Shown here in pieces: positions 1 to 8,750 of a stretch of DNA of 64,000 bases. This DNA is from an uncultured Prevotellaceae bacterium. Its GTDB lineage: Bacteria; Bacteroidota; Bacteroidia; Bacteroidales; Bacteroidaceae. The position numbers were made by a program, and so were the translations under genes. The stretch is from contig CALAEY010000012.1 in assembly GCA_937891085.1 (NCBI GenBank), positions 2,403-66,402 of the forward strand, given 5' to 3'. Under the pieces are notes generated by a model, which saw nothing but the letters and a program-made list of their open reading frames with translations, was not told the origin of the DNA and ran no database searches. Position 1 is the stretch's first letter; every line of letters begins with the position of its first letter.

Positions 1-480
1 TCACTGAGCATGAGCGCCAATGCCGGTACCAACGCCATGAGCGGTATCAACACCGGACTGGGCCAGCAGGTGAAGAAGAATGAGAGCAACAACATCAGCC
101 TGAACCTGAGCATCCCAATCTTCGACAAGCGCCAGACAAAGAGCAACATCCAGAAGGCGAAGATCCAGAAGAACCAGCAGGAGCTGGCGCTGCAGGATGC
201 ACAGAAGACGCTGTACAGAAACATTGAGAACTTGTGGCAGAACGCCAACACGGCTCAGAAGCAGTATGTGGCTGCCAGTGCCAACTTGGAGAGCTCGCAG
301 ACCAGCTATGACATGACGCAGGAACAGTTCAACCTGGGTATGAAGAATACCATCGAGCTGCTGCAGGAACGCAACAACCTGCTCTCAGCACAGCAGCAGA
401 GACTGCAGGCTAAGTACACTGCCATCATGAACGAGCAGCTGCTGAAGTTCTATGCAGGCGAGAACATCACGTTGGAATGA
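1..480 (+). CDS. TolC-family outer-membrane efflux protein (5'-truncated by window edge)
   Basis: C-terminal OEP-type pattern (SLNLSIPIFD...KAKIQ...YDMTQEQFNLG...ELLQERNNL); frame open from base 1; first gene of the efflux operon. Confidence 0.85.
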   Translation, partial: SLSMSANAGTNAMSGINTGLGQQVKKNESNNISLNLSIPIFDKRQTKSNIQKAKIQKNQQELALQDAQKTLYRNIENLWQNANTAQKQYVAASANLESSQTSYDMTQEQFNLGMKNTIELLQERNNLLSAQQQRLQAKYTAIMNEQLLKFYAGENITLE

Positions 481-495
481 TGCAGACATCATTCC

Positions 496-527
496 AAGAT
501 TAAAAGATTAAAAAATTAAAAGATTAA
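496..527 (+). repeat. Tandem octamer array (AAGATTAA)x4, one variant unit
   Basis: aagattaa aagattaa aaaattaa aagattaa in the tolC-macA intergenic gap. Confidence 0.85.
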
Positions 528-538
528 AATATACAGTT

Positions 539-1717
539 ATGAAGAAGAAGATTATTTGGGCAGTAGTGGCCGTAGTGGCTGTGCTGGCAATAGGTTTCTG
601 GCTCTTCGGAGGTTCGTCAGACGCTCAGCGAGTGAACATCGTGACGGCTCCTGTGACCAGAGGAAACGTTTCTGAGTCTATCACCGCCACGGGTGCCATA
701 GAGCCTGTGACAGAGGTGGAAGTGGGTGCACAGGTGACAGGTATCATCGACCGCATCTATGTGGACTATAACTCGGAAGTGAAGAAGGGTGAGCTGATAG
801 CTGAGATCGACAAGGTGACCCTGATGAGTGACCTGAACAGCTCTCAGGCCAATTACAACGGTTCGAAAGCCAGCTATGAATATCAAGAGAAGCTCTATAA
901 CCGTAACAAGACGCTGCACGACAAGCAGCTCATCAGCGACCAAGAGTACGACCAGAGCCTCTACAACTATCAGAATGCCAAGGCTCAGTTTGAGCAAAGC
1001 AGTGCCAACCTGGCCAAGGCACAACGCAACCTCTCCTATGCCACCATCTACTCACCCATTGACGGTGTGGTGATAAACAAGGCCGTGGAAGAGGGACAGA
1101 CCGTGACCTCAGGCTTCAACACCCCTACCTTATTTAATATAGCTGCTGACCTAACTCAGATGCGTGTGATTGCCGATGTTGACGAGGCTGACATAGGCGG
1201 TATAGAGGAAGGCCAACGCGCCACCTTCACCGTGGATGCCTATCCAGACGAGACATTCGAGGGCACCGTGGTACAGGTTCGCTTAGGCGAGAGCAGCTCA
1301 TCCACCACCTCCAGCAGCGTAGTGACCTATGAAGTGGTGATTAATGCCCCAAATCCAGACCTGCGCCTGAAGCCAAGGTTGACTGCCAACGTGACCATCT
1401 ACAAGCAGGAGAAGCAGAACGTGATCGTGGTGCCAAGCCGTGCCCTGCGTTTCACCCCGACTCCTGAGATTGGTGCCACCCAGATCAACGACGTGAACGC
1501 TCCCCAGAAGGTTTGGACCAAGGAAGGCACCGTATATACCGCTCATGCAGTGACTGCCGGTCTGTCGGGCAACGGTGTTACAGAAGTCACAGGTGTAAGT
1601 GAAGGACTGGAAGTGGTGACCGAAGCTACCTCGATGGTACGCCAGAACTCCATGATGATGGGCGGAGGCGGAGGCCCAGGCGGAGGTCCAGGTGGAGGTC
1701 CAGGTGGTCCAATGTAA
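539..1717 (+). CDS. Efflux periplasmic adaptor subunit (MacA/HlyD family)
   Basis: N-terminal TM, VEVGAQVTG, IYSPIDGVV, ADVDEADIG and FTVDAYP motifs; Gly/Pro-rich tail. Confidence 0.9.
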   Translation: MKKKIIWAVVAVVAVLAIGFWLFGGSSDAQRVNIVTAPVTRGNVSESITATGAIEPVTEVEVGAQVTGIIDRIYVDYNSEVKKGELIAEIDKVTLMSDLNSSQANYNGSKASYEYQEKLYNRNKTLHDKQLISDQEYDQSLYNYQNAKAQFEQSSANLAKAQRNLSYATIYSPIDGVVINKAVEEGQTVTSGFNTPTLFNIAADLTQMRVIADVDEADIGGIEEGQRATFTVDAYPDETFEGTVVQVRLGESSSSTTSSSVVTYEVVINAPNPDLRLKPRLTANVTIYKQEKQNVIVVPSRALRFTPTPEIGATQINDVNAPQKVWTKEGTVYTAHAVTAGLSGNGVTEVTGVSEGLEVVTEATSMVRQNSMMMGGGGGPGGGPGGGPGGPM

Positions 1718-1720
1718 TTT

Positions 1721-1820
1721 CATTGAACATTGACCATTGAACATTATAAATAATACGAACATTGAAATTGGCTGAGAACACATTCCGCATGGAATAATGT
1801 TCAATGGTCAATGTTCAATG
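1721..1820. repeat. Perfect 27-bp inverted repeat built of heptamers (CATTGAA/CATTGAC)
   Basis: 1721-1747 cattgaacattgaccattgaacattat is the reverse complement of 1794-1820; 46-bp spacer. Confidence 0.9.
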
Positions 1821-1839
1821 TTCAATAAAAAGAGAAGAA

Positions 1840-2589
1840 ATGAGTAAACCAGTTATAGAACTACAGAACGTAAAGCGCAAATTCATCGTGGGGGAAGAAG
1901 TGGTAAGAGCCCTTCGGGGCGTGAGCTTCACCATCAACGAGGGTGAGTTTGTGACCATCATGGGAACGTCAGGTTCGGGTAAGAGTACCTTGCTGAATAC
2001 ACTGGGTTGCCTCGACACCCCTACCAGCGGTGAGTACATCCTCGACGGAACCCCCGTGCGCACCATGAGCCGCAACCAGCGTGCCATCTTGCGCAACCGC
2101 AAGATTGGGTTTGTGTTCCAAAACTACAACCTGCTGGCTAAGACCACGGCTGTGGAGAACGTGGAACTGCCGCTGATGTACAACAGCGAGGTGTCGGCCT
2201 CTGAGCGCCGTCGCCGTGCCATCGAAGCCCTGAAGGCCGTGGGTCTGGGCGACCGCCTGGAACATAAGAGCAACCAGATGAGTGGTGGACAGATGCAACG
2301 CGTGGCCATTGCCCGTGCCTTGGTGAACAACCCTGCCGTGATCCTGGCCGATGAAGCCACAGGTAACCTGGATACCCGTACCTCATTCGAGATCTTGGTA
2401 CTGTTCCAGAAGCTGCATGCCGAAGGACGCACGATCATCTTCGTGACGCACAATCCTGAGATTGCCCAATACAGCAGCCGCACCATCACCCTGCGTGACG
2501 GGAAGATTAAGGATGACATCGTGAACAACAATATCCTCAACGCTGCCAAGACACTGGCTGAGCTGCCGATACCAGACGAGAACAATTAA
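1840..2589 (+). CDS. ABC transporter ATP-binding protein (MacB/LolD-like)
   Basis: Walker A GTSGSGKS, signature MSGGQMQRVAIARAL, Walker B ILADEATGNLD; start moved to ATG 1840 because the upstream extension is repeat DNA. Confidence 0.92.
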   Translation: MSKPVIELQNVKRKFIVGEEVVRALRGVSFTINEGEFVTIMGTSGSGKSTLLNTLGCLDTPTSGEYILDGTPVRTMSRNQRAILRNRKIGFVFQNYNLLAKTTAVENVELPLMYNSEVSASERRRRAIEALKAVGLGDRLEHKSNQMSGGQMQRVAIARALVNNPAVILADEATGNLDTRTSFEILVLFQKLHAEGRTIIFVTHNPEIAQYSSRTITLRDGKIKDDIVNNNILNAAKTLAELPIPDENN

Positions 2590-2590
2590 T

Positions 2591-2618
2591 AATTGACAAT
2601 TGAAAATTGACAATTGAG
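2591..2618 (+). repeat. Tandem heptamer array (AATTGAN)x4
   Basis: aattgac aattgaa aattgac aattgag between the ATPase and permease genes. Confidence 0.85.
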
Positions 2619-2623
2619 AAGTT

Positions 2624-3844
2624 ATGAATATTACGAATCTTTTTAAAATAGCACTAAAGGCCATAGCCAACAACAAGACCCGCTCATTGCTCACTATGCT
2701 GGGCATCATCATCGGCATTGCCTCCGTGATAGCCATGTTGGGATTCGGCCAAGGAACGCAAAACTCCATCAAGGAGCAGATTTCGTCGATGGGTTCGAAT
2801 ATGATCATGATCAACCCAGGCGGTGAGCGCCGTGCCGGACAGCGTATGGATGCCAGTTCCATGCAGACGCTGAAGATGGAAGACTATGAAGCCATACGCA
2901 ACGAGTGCAGCCATGTGAGCTACGTGAGTCCAAGCGTGTCAAGCTCAGGTCAGCTGGTGGCAGGTAACAACAACTACCCATCATCTATTACCGGTTGCAG
3001 CCCCGACTACCTGAAAATCCGCCAGCTGAATATGCAAGAAGGCGAAATGTTTAGCGAACAGGACGTAAAGACAGCCGCCAAGGTAGTGATACTGGGTAAG
3101 ACTATCGTAGACAACCTGTTCCCCAACGAGGATCCTATAGGGAAGACCATCCGCGTAAACCAGATTCCGTTTCAAGTGGTGGGCGTATTGGAGAGCAAGG
3201 GTACCAACAGCATGGGTATGGACCAAGACGAGATTGTGCTGGCTCCCTACACCACCGTAATGAAGCGCATGCTCTCACAGAGCCACTTGCAAGGCATTCA
3301 GGCCAGTGCCGTGACCGAAGAAGCCACCGACCTTGCCATGAACGAGATTGAGGAAGTGCTGCGCCGCAACCACCGCCTGAAAGACGGTGATGAGAACAAC
3401 TTCACCATGAACTCTATGGAAGAAATCATGGAGACCATTGACACTACCATGGGTATGATGACCATGCTATTGGCAGCCATCGCCGGCATCTCACTGGTGG
3501 TAGGCGGCATCGGCATCATGAACATCATGTATGTAAGTGTGACCGAGCGCACCAAGGAAATCGGTCTACGTATGTCAGTGGGTGCCCGTGGCATCGACAT
3601 CCTGAGCCAGTTCCTGATAGAAGCCATATTGATTTGCCTTACGGGAGGTATCATCGGTATCATCCTTGGCTACGGGCTGGGAGCCATCGTGGAGATGTTC
3701 GTTGACCAGATATCCGTTTCTATCTCACCCACATCGGTAATCATGGCCTTCGGTGTATGTGTGATTATCGGCATCTTCTTCGGCTGGTATCCTGCCAAGA
3801 AGGCTGCTAATCTGGATCCTATCGAAGCTTTGAGATACGAGTAG
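2624..3844 (+). CDS. ABC transporter permease (MacB/FtsX family)
   Basis: RSLLTMLGIIIGIASV, GGIGIMNIMYVSVTERTKEIGLR and C-terminal PAKKAANLDPIEALRYE motifs. Confidence 0.93.
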   Translation: MNITNLFKIALKAIANNKTRSLLTMLGIIIGIASVIAMLGFGQGTQNSIKEQISSMGSNMIMINPGGERRAGQRMDASSMQTLKMEDYEAIRNECSHVSYVSPSVSSSGQLVAGNNNYPSSITGCSPDYLKIRQLNMQEGEMFSEQDVKTAAKVVILGKTIVDNLFPNEDPIGKTIRVNQIPFQVVGVLESKGTNSMGMDQDEIVLAPYTTVMKRMLSQSHLQGIQASAVTEEATDLAMNEIEEVLRRNHRLKDGDENNFTMNSMEEIMETIDTTMGMMTMLLAAIAGISLVVGGIGIMNIMYVSVTERTKEIGLRMSVGARGIDILSQFLIEAILICLTGGIIGIILGYGLGAIVEMFVDQISVSISPTSVIMAFGVCVIIGIFFGWYPAKKAANLDPIEALRYE

Positions 3845-3850
3845 TAGTAA

Positions 3851-4969
3851 ATGAACGAGAAAGAACTAAATATACGAAGCCTGCTCAACATCATCATTCA
3901 CGTGGTGATGTGGGGCTTCGCATTTTTCTTTCCCTACCTGATGATGACACGTGGTGGGTCGGAGGTTCCTTTTTCTGAATACGTGTGGCGAAATTCCATC
4001 TATTTCTTCATCTACATCGTATTCTTCTACATCAACCACAGCCTACTGATTCCACGCCTGCTGCTACAGCGCAAGTTCTGGCAATATGCCATCGCCCTGT
4101 TCGCACTTATAGTCATTGCCTCATTCCTCTCAGGCGTGATGCACCAAATGGAATTTGAGCGCATGTTCCAGCCATGGATGGAACGTGTGCCCTACGAATA
4201 CCGCGACCCTATACGAAATGCCGATATAGCCCGATGGAACATACTCATGATCATGGGGCGCGACTTCTTCATCATGACTCTGGTGGCTACCATCACAGCC
4301 ATAGTGAGAGTGATAGAGGCCTGGAATGAGTTGGAATCGAGCAAGCGCGAGGCCGAGAAGCAGCGTATGGAAACGGAGCTGCAGCAACTGCGCAGCCAAA
4401 TAAACCCGCACTTCCTGCTGAACACGCTGAACAACATCTACGCCCTGATAGCCTTCGACACTGACAAGGCACAGGAGGCTGTGCAGGAGCTGAGCCAACT
4501 GCTGCGTCATGTGCTCTACGACAACAAGCAGAACTACACCACATTGGAGAAGGAAATGGAGTTCATGAAGAGCTACATAGACCTGATGCGCATCCGTCTG
4601 GCCTCGAACGTGACCATAGAAACTACCTACGACATGCGCGAAAACGATCAGACACAGATAGCACCGCTCATCTTCATCTCCCTGGTGGAGAACGCTTTCA
4701 AGCATGGCATCTCACCTACCGAACCCAGCTACATCAAGATACTCTTCAGTGAGAAGCTGGGCTATGTGCGCTGCGAGATCAAGAACAGCAACCATCGGAA
4801 GGTGGGCTATGACAAGAGCGGCAACGGCATAGGGCTGGAGCAGGTGCAGAAGCGTCTGGACCTGATGTACCCGAAGAGCTACGAATGGCACTATGGCCTG
4901 ACTGATGACGGCACCGAATACATCTCCTCTCTGGAGATAAACACCAACACAGCTCCCTCACTGAGCTGA
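3851..4969 (+). CDS. LytS/YehU-type sensor histidine kinase
   Basis: TM N-terminus; QINPHFLLNTLNNI H-box; LVENAFKHG and GIGL boxes. Confidence 0.92.
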   Translation: MNEKELNIRSLLNIIIHVVMWGFAFFFPYLMMTRGGSEVPFSEYVWRNSIYFFIYIVFFYINHSLLIPRLLLQRKFWQYAIALFALIVIASFLSGVMHQMEFERMFQPWMERVPYEYRDPIRNADIARWNILMIMGRDFFIMTLVATITAIVRVIEAWNELESSKREAEKQRMETELQQLRSQINPHFLLNTLNNIYALIAFDTDKAQEAVQELSQLLRHVLYDNKQNYTTLEKEMEFMKSYIDLMRIRLASNVTIETTYDMRENDQTQIAPLIFISLVENAFKHGISPTEPSYIKILFSEKLGYVRCEIKNSNHRKVGYDKSGNGIGLEQVQKRLDLMYPKSYEWHYGLTDDGTEYISSLEINTNTAPSLS

Positions 4970-5020
4970 GGAACACGGGTGTTTTTTGTAAATAAATTTG
5001 GTATTCCGCTTACCTTGCAC

Positions 5021-5028
5021 TATCTTTG
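5021..5028 (+). promoter_or_regulatory. Bacteroidota sigma-A -7 box upstream of the response regulator
   Basis: TATCTTTG matches TAnnTTTG ~20 nt before ATG 5050, with TTTG upstream. Confidence 0.55.
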
Positions 5029-5049
5029 ACCCCACTTAACAAAAGCAGT

Positions 5050-5775
5050 ATGGCAAATATCCGTTGTGCAGTGATAGACGACGAGCCGTTGGCCCTGGGC
5101 CTGATGGCAAGCTACGTGAAGAAGACCCCCTTCCTGGAACTGGTGGGCAGCTACAGCAGTGCCATACAAGCCATGAACGAACTGCCCAACCACCCTGCAG
5201 ACCTGCTCTTCCTGGACATACAGATGCCAGAGCTGAACGGGTTGGACTTCTCACGCATGGTGCCTGCGCAGACACGCATCGTCTTCACCACCGCCTTCGA
5301 CCAGTATGCCATAGACGGCTACCGCGTGAATGCCCTGGACTATCTGCTGAAACCCATCTCCTACCCCAACTTCCTGCAGGCGGCACAGAAAGCACAAGAA
5401 TGGTTCAAGCTCGTGGAGCAGAAGCAGCAGGAGACGGACGAGCCCGTCAGCATCTTCGTGAAGAGCGAATACAAGCAGGTGCAGGTGATGCTTGACGACA
5501 TCCTCTACATAGAAGGACTGAAAGACTACGTCAAGATCTACGAGGAAGGTCAGGACAAGCCCCTGCTCTCACTGATGAGCATGAAAAGCATGGAAGAACT
5601 GCTGCCATCCAGCAGATTCCTGCGTGTGCACCGCTCCTACATCGTGCAGAAATCGAAGATCCGTGTGGTGGAACACAACCGCATCGTCTTCGGGAAAACC
5701 TATATCCCTGTGGGCGACAGCTACAAGGAAGAATTCCAAGCCTTCCTCAACGAAAGAAGTTCGCCCAAACGATAA
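5050..5775 (+). CDS. LytTR-family response regulator
   Basis: DDEPLA, FLDIQMP, DYLLKP receiver motifs; FLRVHRSYIV LytTR motif. Confidence 0.93.
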   Translation: MANIRCAVIDDEPLALGLMASYVKKTPFLELVGSYSSAIQAMNELPNHPADLLFLDIQMPELNGLDFSRMVPAQTRIVFTTAFDQYAIDGYRVNALDYLLKPISYPNFLQAAQKAQEWFKLVEQKQQETDEPVSIFVKSEYKQVQVMLDDILYIEGLKDYVKIYEEGQDKPLLSLMSMKSMEELLPSSRFLRVHRSYIVQKSKIRVVEHNRIVFGKTYIPVGDSYKEEFQAFLNERSSPKR

Positions 5776-5869
5776 AGTCGCCCCATTCCGAACGCATTTA
5801 CTCCGATTTACTTGCTTTCTTCCTTTTTATGCCTTATCTTTGCACACATAAACTGAAAATGTGCAAATT

Positions 5870-7516
5870 ATGGACAAAAGCTTCCTCCGACTCATAGAGA
5901 CCAGTATCAAGAGCAACTGGGACCTGGATGCCCTGACCGACTATAAAGGAGCCACCCTACAATATAAGGATGTAGCGCGCAAGATAGAGAAAATCCACCT
6001 CATGTTCGAGGCCGTAGGCATCAAGAAAGGCGACAAGATAGCCCTTTGCGGACGAAACAGTTCGCATTGGGGAGTGACTTTTCTGGCCACGCTGACCTAT
6101 GGAGCCGTGATAGTGCCCATCCTGCATGAATTCAAGGCAGACAACATACACAGCATAGTGAACCATAGCGGGGCACGCTTCCTCTTTGTGGGCGACCGCG
6201 TGTGGGAGAACCTCAACGAGGAGATGATGCCACAGTTGGAAGGCATCATCCTGGTGAACGACTTCTCCATCTTGGTGTCACGCTCAGAGCGATTGACCTA
6301 CGCCCGCGAGCATCTGAACGAGGAGTTCGGCAAGAAATATCCCAAGAACTTCCGTCCAGAGCATGTGCACTACCACCAAGACGAGACCGAAGAACTGGCC
6401 GTGCTGAGCTACACCTCTGGCACTACCAGTCAGTCGAAAGGCGTGATGCTGCCCTACAGGAGCCTGTGGTCGAACGTGCAGTTTGCCATAGACATGCTGC
6501 CCATCAAGTCGGGCGACAAGTTGGTCAGCATGCTGCCCATGGCCCACTGCTTCGGCCTAGCCTTCGAGTTCCTATATGAATTCTGCGTAGGCTGCCACAT
6601 CTACTTCCTCACCCGTGTGCCCAGTCCGAAGATCATCTTCCAGGCATTCAGTGAGATACAGCCTAATCTGGTGGTAACCGTGCCTCTGGTGGTAGAGAAG
6701 ATCATCAAGAAAGAAGTGATGCCTAAGCTGGAGACCCCCAGCGTCAAGCTGCTGCTCAACCTGCCACTCATCAATGATAAGGTATATGGAGCCATACGCC
6801 AGAAGGTGGAAGATGCCTTCGGAGGCCGCTTCCACAGCGTCATCATCGGCGGGGCTGCGCTCAACAAGGATGTGGAGCACTTCCTCAAGCGCATCAACTT
6901 CCGCTACATGGTGGGCTATGGCATGACCGAGTGCGGACCGCTCATCAGCTACGAGCAGTGGGACCGCTTCAAGGAAGGCTCCTGCGGAAAAATCATAGAC
7001 CGCATGGAAGTGAGGATAGACTCCTCCAACCCCCTGTACACCCCAGGCGAGATACAGGTAAGAGGCGACAACGTGATGCTGGGCTACTACAGGAACGAAA
7101 CTGCCACCAAGGCCGCATTCACAGAAGACGGCTGGCTGCGTACAGGCGACCTTGCCACCATAGACGCCAATGGCAACATCACCATACTCGGACGTAGCAA
7201 GAACATGCTGCTGAGTGCCAACGGACAGAACATCTTCCCCGAAGAGATAGAGGGTGAGCTGAACAACCTGCCGTATGTGGCAGAGAGCATCATCGTGCAA
7301 CGTGACGGGAAGCTGGCGGCTCTGGTTTATCCAGACTTCGACCAAGCCTACCGCGATGGAAAGAGCGACAGCGACATCAACAAGCAGATGGAGCAGAACC
7401 GCATAGACCTGAACGCCCGCATCCCTGCCTATTGTCAGGTGAACAGTGTGACCATCTACCATGAGGAGTTTGAGAAGACACCGAAGAAGTCGATCAAACG
7501 ATACCTATATCAGTAG
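5870..7516 (+). CDS. Long-chain fatty-acid--CoA ligase (AMP-binding family)
   Basis: YTSGTTSQSKG P-loop, GYGMTE, WLRTGD, GRSK motifs; TATCTTTG promoter box at 5835-5842. Confidence 0.88.
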   Translation: MDKSFLRLIETSIKSNWDLDALTDYKGATLQYKDVARKIEKIHLMFEAVGIKKGDKIALCGRNSSHWGVTFLATLTYGAVIVPILHEFKADNIHSIVNHSGARFLFVGDRVWENLNEEMMPQLEGIILVNDFSILVSRSERLTYAREHLNEEFGKKYPKNFRPEHVHYHQDETEELAVLSYTSGTTSQSKGVMLPYRSLWSNVQFAIDMLPIKSGDKLVSMLPMAHCFGLAFEFLYEFCVGCHIYFLTRVPSPKIIFQAFSEIQPNLVVTVPLVVEKIIKKEVMPKLETPSVKLLLNLPLINDKVYGAIRQKVEDAFGGRFHSVIIGGAALNKDVEHFLKRINFRYMVGYGMTECGPLISYEQWDRFKEGSCGKIIDRMEVRIDSSNPLYTPGEIQVRGDNVMLGYYRNETATKAAFTEDGWLRTGDLATIDANGNITILGRSKNMLLSANGQNIFPEEIEGELNNLPYVAESIIVQRDGKLAALVYPDFDQAYRDGKSDSDINKQMEQNRIDLNARIPAYCQVNSVTIYHEEFEKTPKKSIKRYLYQ

Positions 7517-7519
7517 CCG

Positions 7520-8686
7520 ATGAAGAGGTGGCTGACTATACTGCTGACGCTCCTGTCATTCACATGGGTCCATGCGCAGACCTCCGGCATCGGGGGAATC
7601 AACCTATCGCTATGGCCAGGCATCGCTACGCAAGGCGTTGATACCGTGAGCGGCAAGACGCTGCTGAACGTGGGCATCAACTCGAAGATGAATCAACTGA
7701 CTGGCATCGGACTAAATGTGCTGGGAAGTACAACGGTGAGCGGGGTGAATGGCTTGCAGCTCAGTGGGTTGTTCAATGTGACGGGCGAAGACATGCGAGG
7801 TTGGCAAGCTGCCGGCATCACCAATGTGATAGGAGATGACCTCACAGGACTCTCTGCCAGCGGACTGGTGAACGTGGTGGGCGGCAAAGCCAGCGGACTG
7901 CTGGCCACAGGCGGTGTAAACATCGTGGGCGATGGGCAGGAAGGCATCATAGCCAGCGGACTGCTGAATATCATCGACGGCGAGGCGAAAGGCATACAAG
8001 TATCCGGCCTCGGCAACCTCAATAGTGAGGCTGTCTATGGACTGCAACTGGCCGGACTCTTCAACATCAACGCTGAAGAGACGGTGGGCCTACAAACCTC
8101 TGCCCTGCTGAACATCGCTGCAGAGCAGATGACTGGTGTTCAAGTGGGACTCATCAACCTGGCTGCCTCATCCATGAAGGGATTCCAGATAGGACTATTC
8201 AACTTTCATGCCGACCGTCTGCACGGTCTGCAACTAGGACTGATCAATGCCAACCCCAATACCCGCCTACAGCTGCTGCTCAGTGGCGGTAGCTCTACCC
8301 TATTCAATGTGGGACTGCGCTTCAAGAGCCGCACCTTCTATACCGTGCTGGGCGCGGGTGCCAAGTATCGGGAACTGCATCCGTTCAATACCGCATTTAC
8401 CTATCGGGCCGGCTTAGCCATCCCATTGGCAAAGACGCTGGAGATCAGCGGTGACTTAGGCTATCAGCACATAGAGACCTTCCGCAGGCATGAGGCAGTG
8501 AACCGTCTGTACAACCTGCAGGCAAGGCTGAACCTCGAATACCTCTGCTCTGAGAAAGTTTCCCTCTTCCTCACCTGCGGCTATGAGCGAGGCTACACCT
8601 ATAGACACAACCACCTGCTGCACGACGGGCTCTTCTCTGAGGTAGGCACAGCCCTCACCATAGGCAGCCTCAACCTCGCCAAATAA
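7520..8686 (+). CDS. Exported protein with glycine-rich GxQxxGLxN repeats and probable C-terminal beta-barrel
   Basis: Signal peptide; roughly ten ~16-aa repeats such as GLQLSGLFN, GIQVSGLGN, GLQLAGLFN. Confidence 0.7.
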   Translation: MKRWLTILLTLLSFTWVHAQTSGIGGINLSLWPGIATQGVDTVSGKTLLNVGINSKMNQLTGIGLNVLGSTTVSGVNGLQLSGLFNVTGEDMRGWQAAGITNVIGDDLTGLSASGLVNVVGGKASGLLATGGVNIVGDGQEGIIASGLLNIIDGEAKGIQVSGLGNLNSEAVYGLQLAGLFNINAEETVGLQTSALLNIAAEQMTGVQVGLINLAASSMKGFQIGLFNFHADRLHGLQLGLINANPNTRLQLLLSGGSSTLFNVGLRFKSRTFYTVLGAGAKYRELHPFNTAFTYRAGLAIPLAKTLEISGDLGYQHIETFRRHEAVNRLYNLQARLNLEYLCSEKVSLFLTCGYERGYTYRHNHLLHDGLFSEVGTALTIGSLNLAK

Positions 8687-8687
8687 A

Positions 8688-8723
8688 GATATGCCATATC
8701 ACCCGTAGATGATATGGCATATC
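8688..8723. terminator. Hairpin between convergent genes (probable terminator)
   Basis: gatatgccatatca / tgatatggcatatc 14-bp stem. Confidence 0.65.
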
Positions 8724-8750
8724 ACTGCACCTTGATATAGTATATCGGTC

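Noticed and set aside
1660..1712. 12-bp repeats encoding GGPGGGPGGGP at the end of the MacA-like gene
   Set aside because: In-frame low-complexity tail, common on these adaptors; no sign of frameshift switching.
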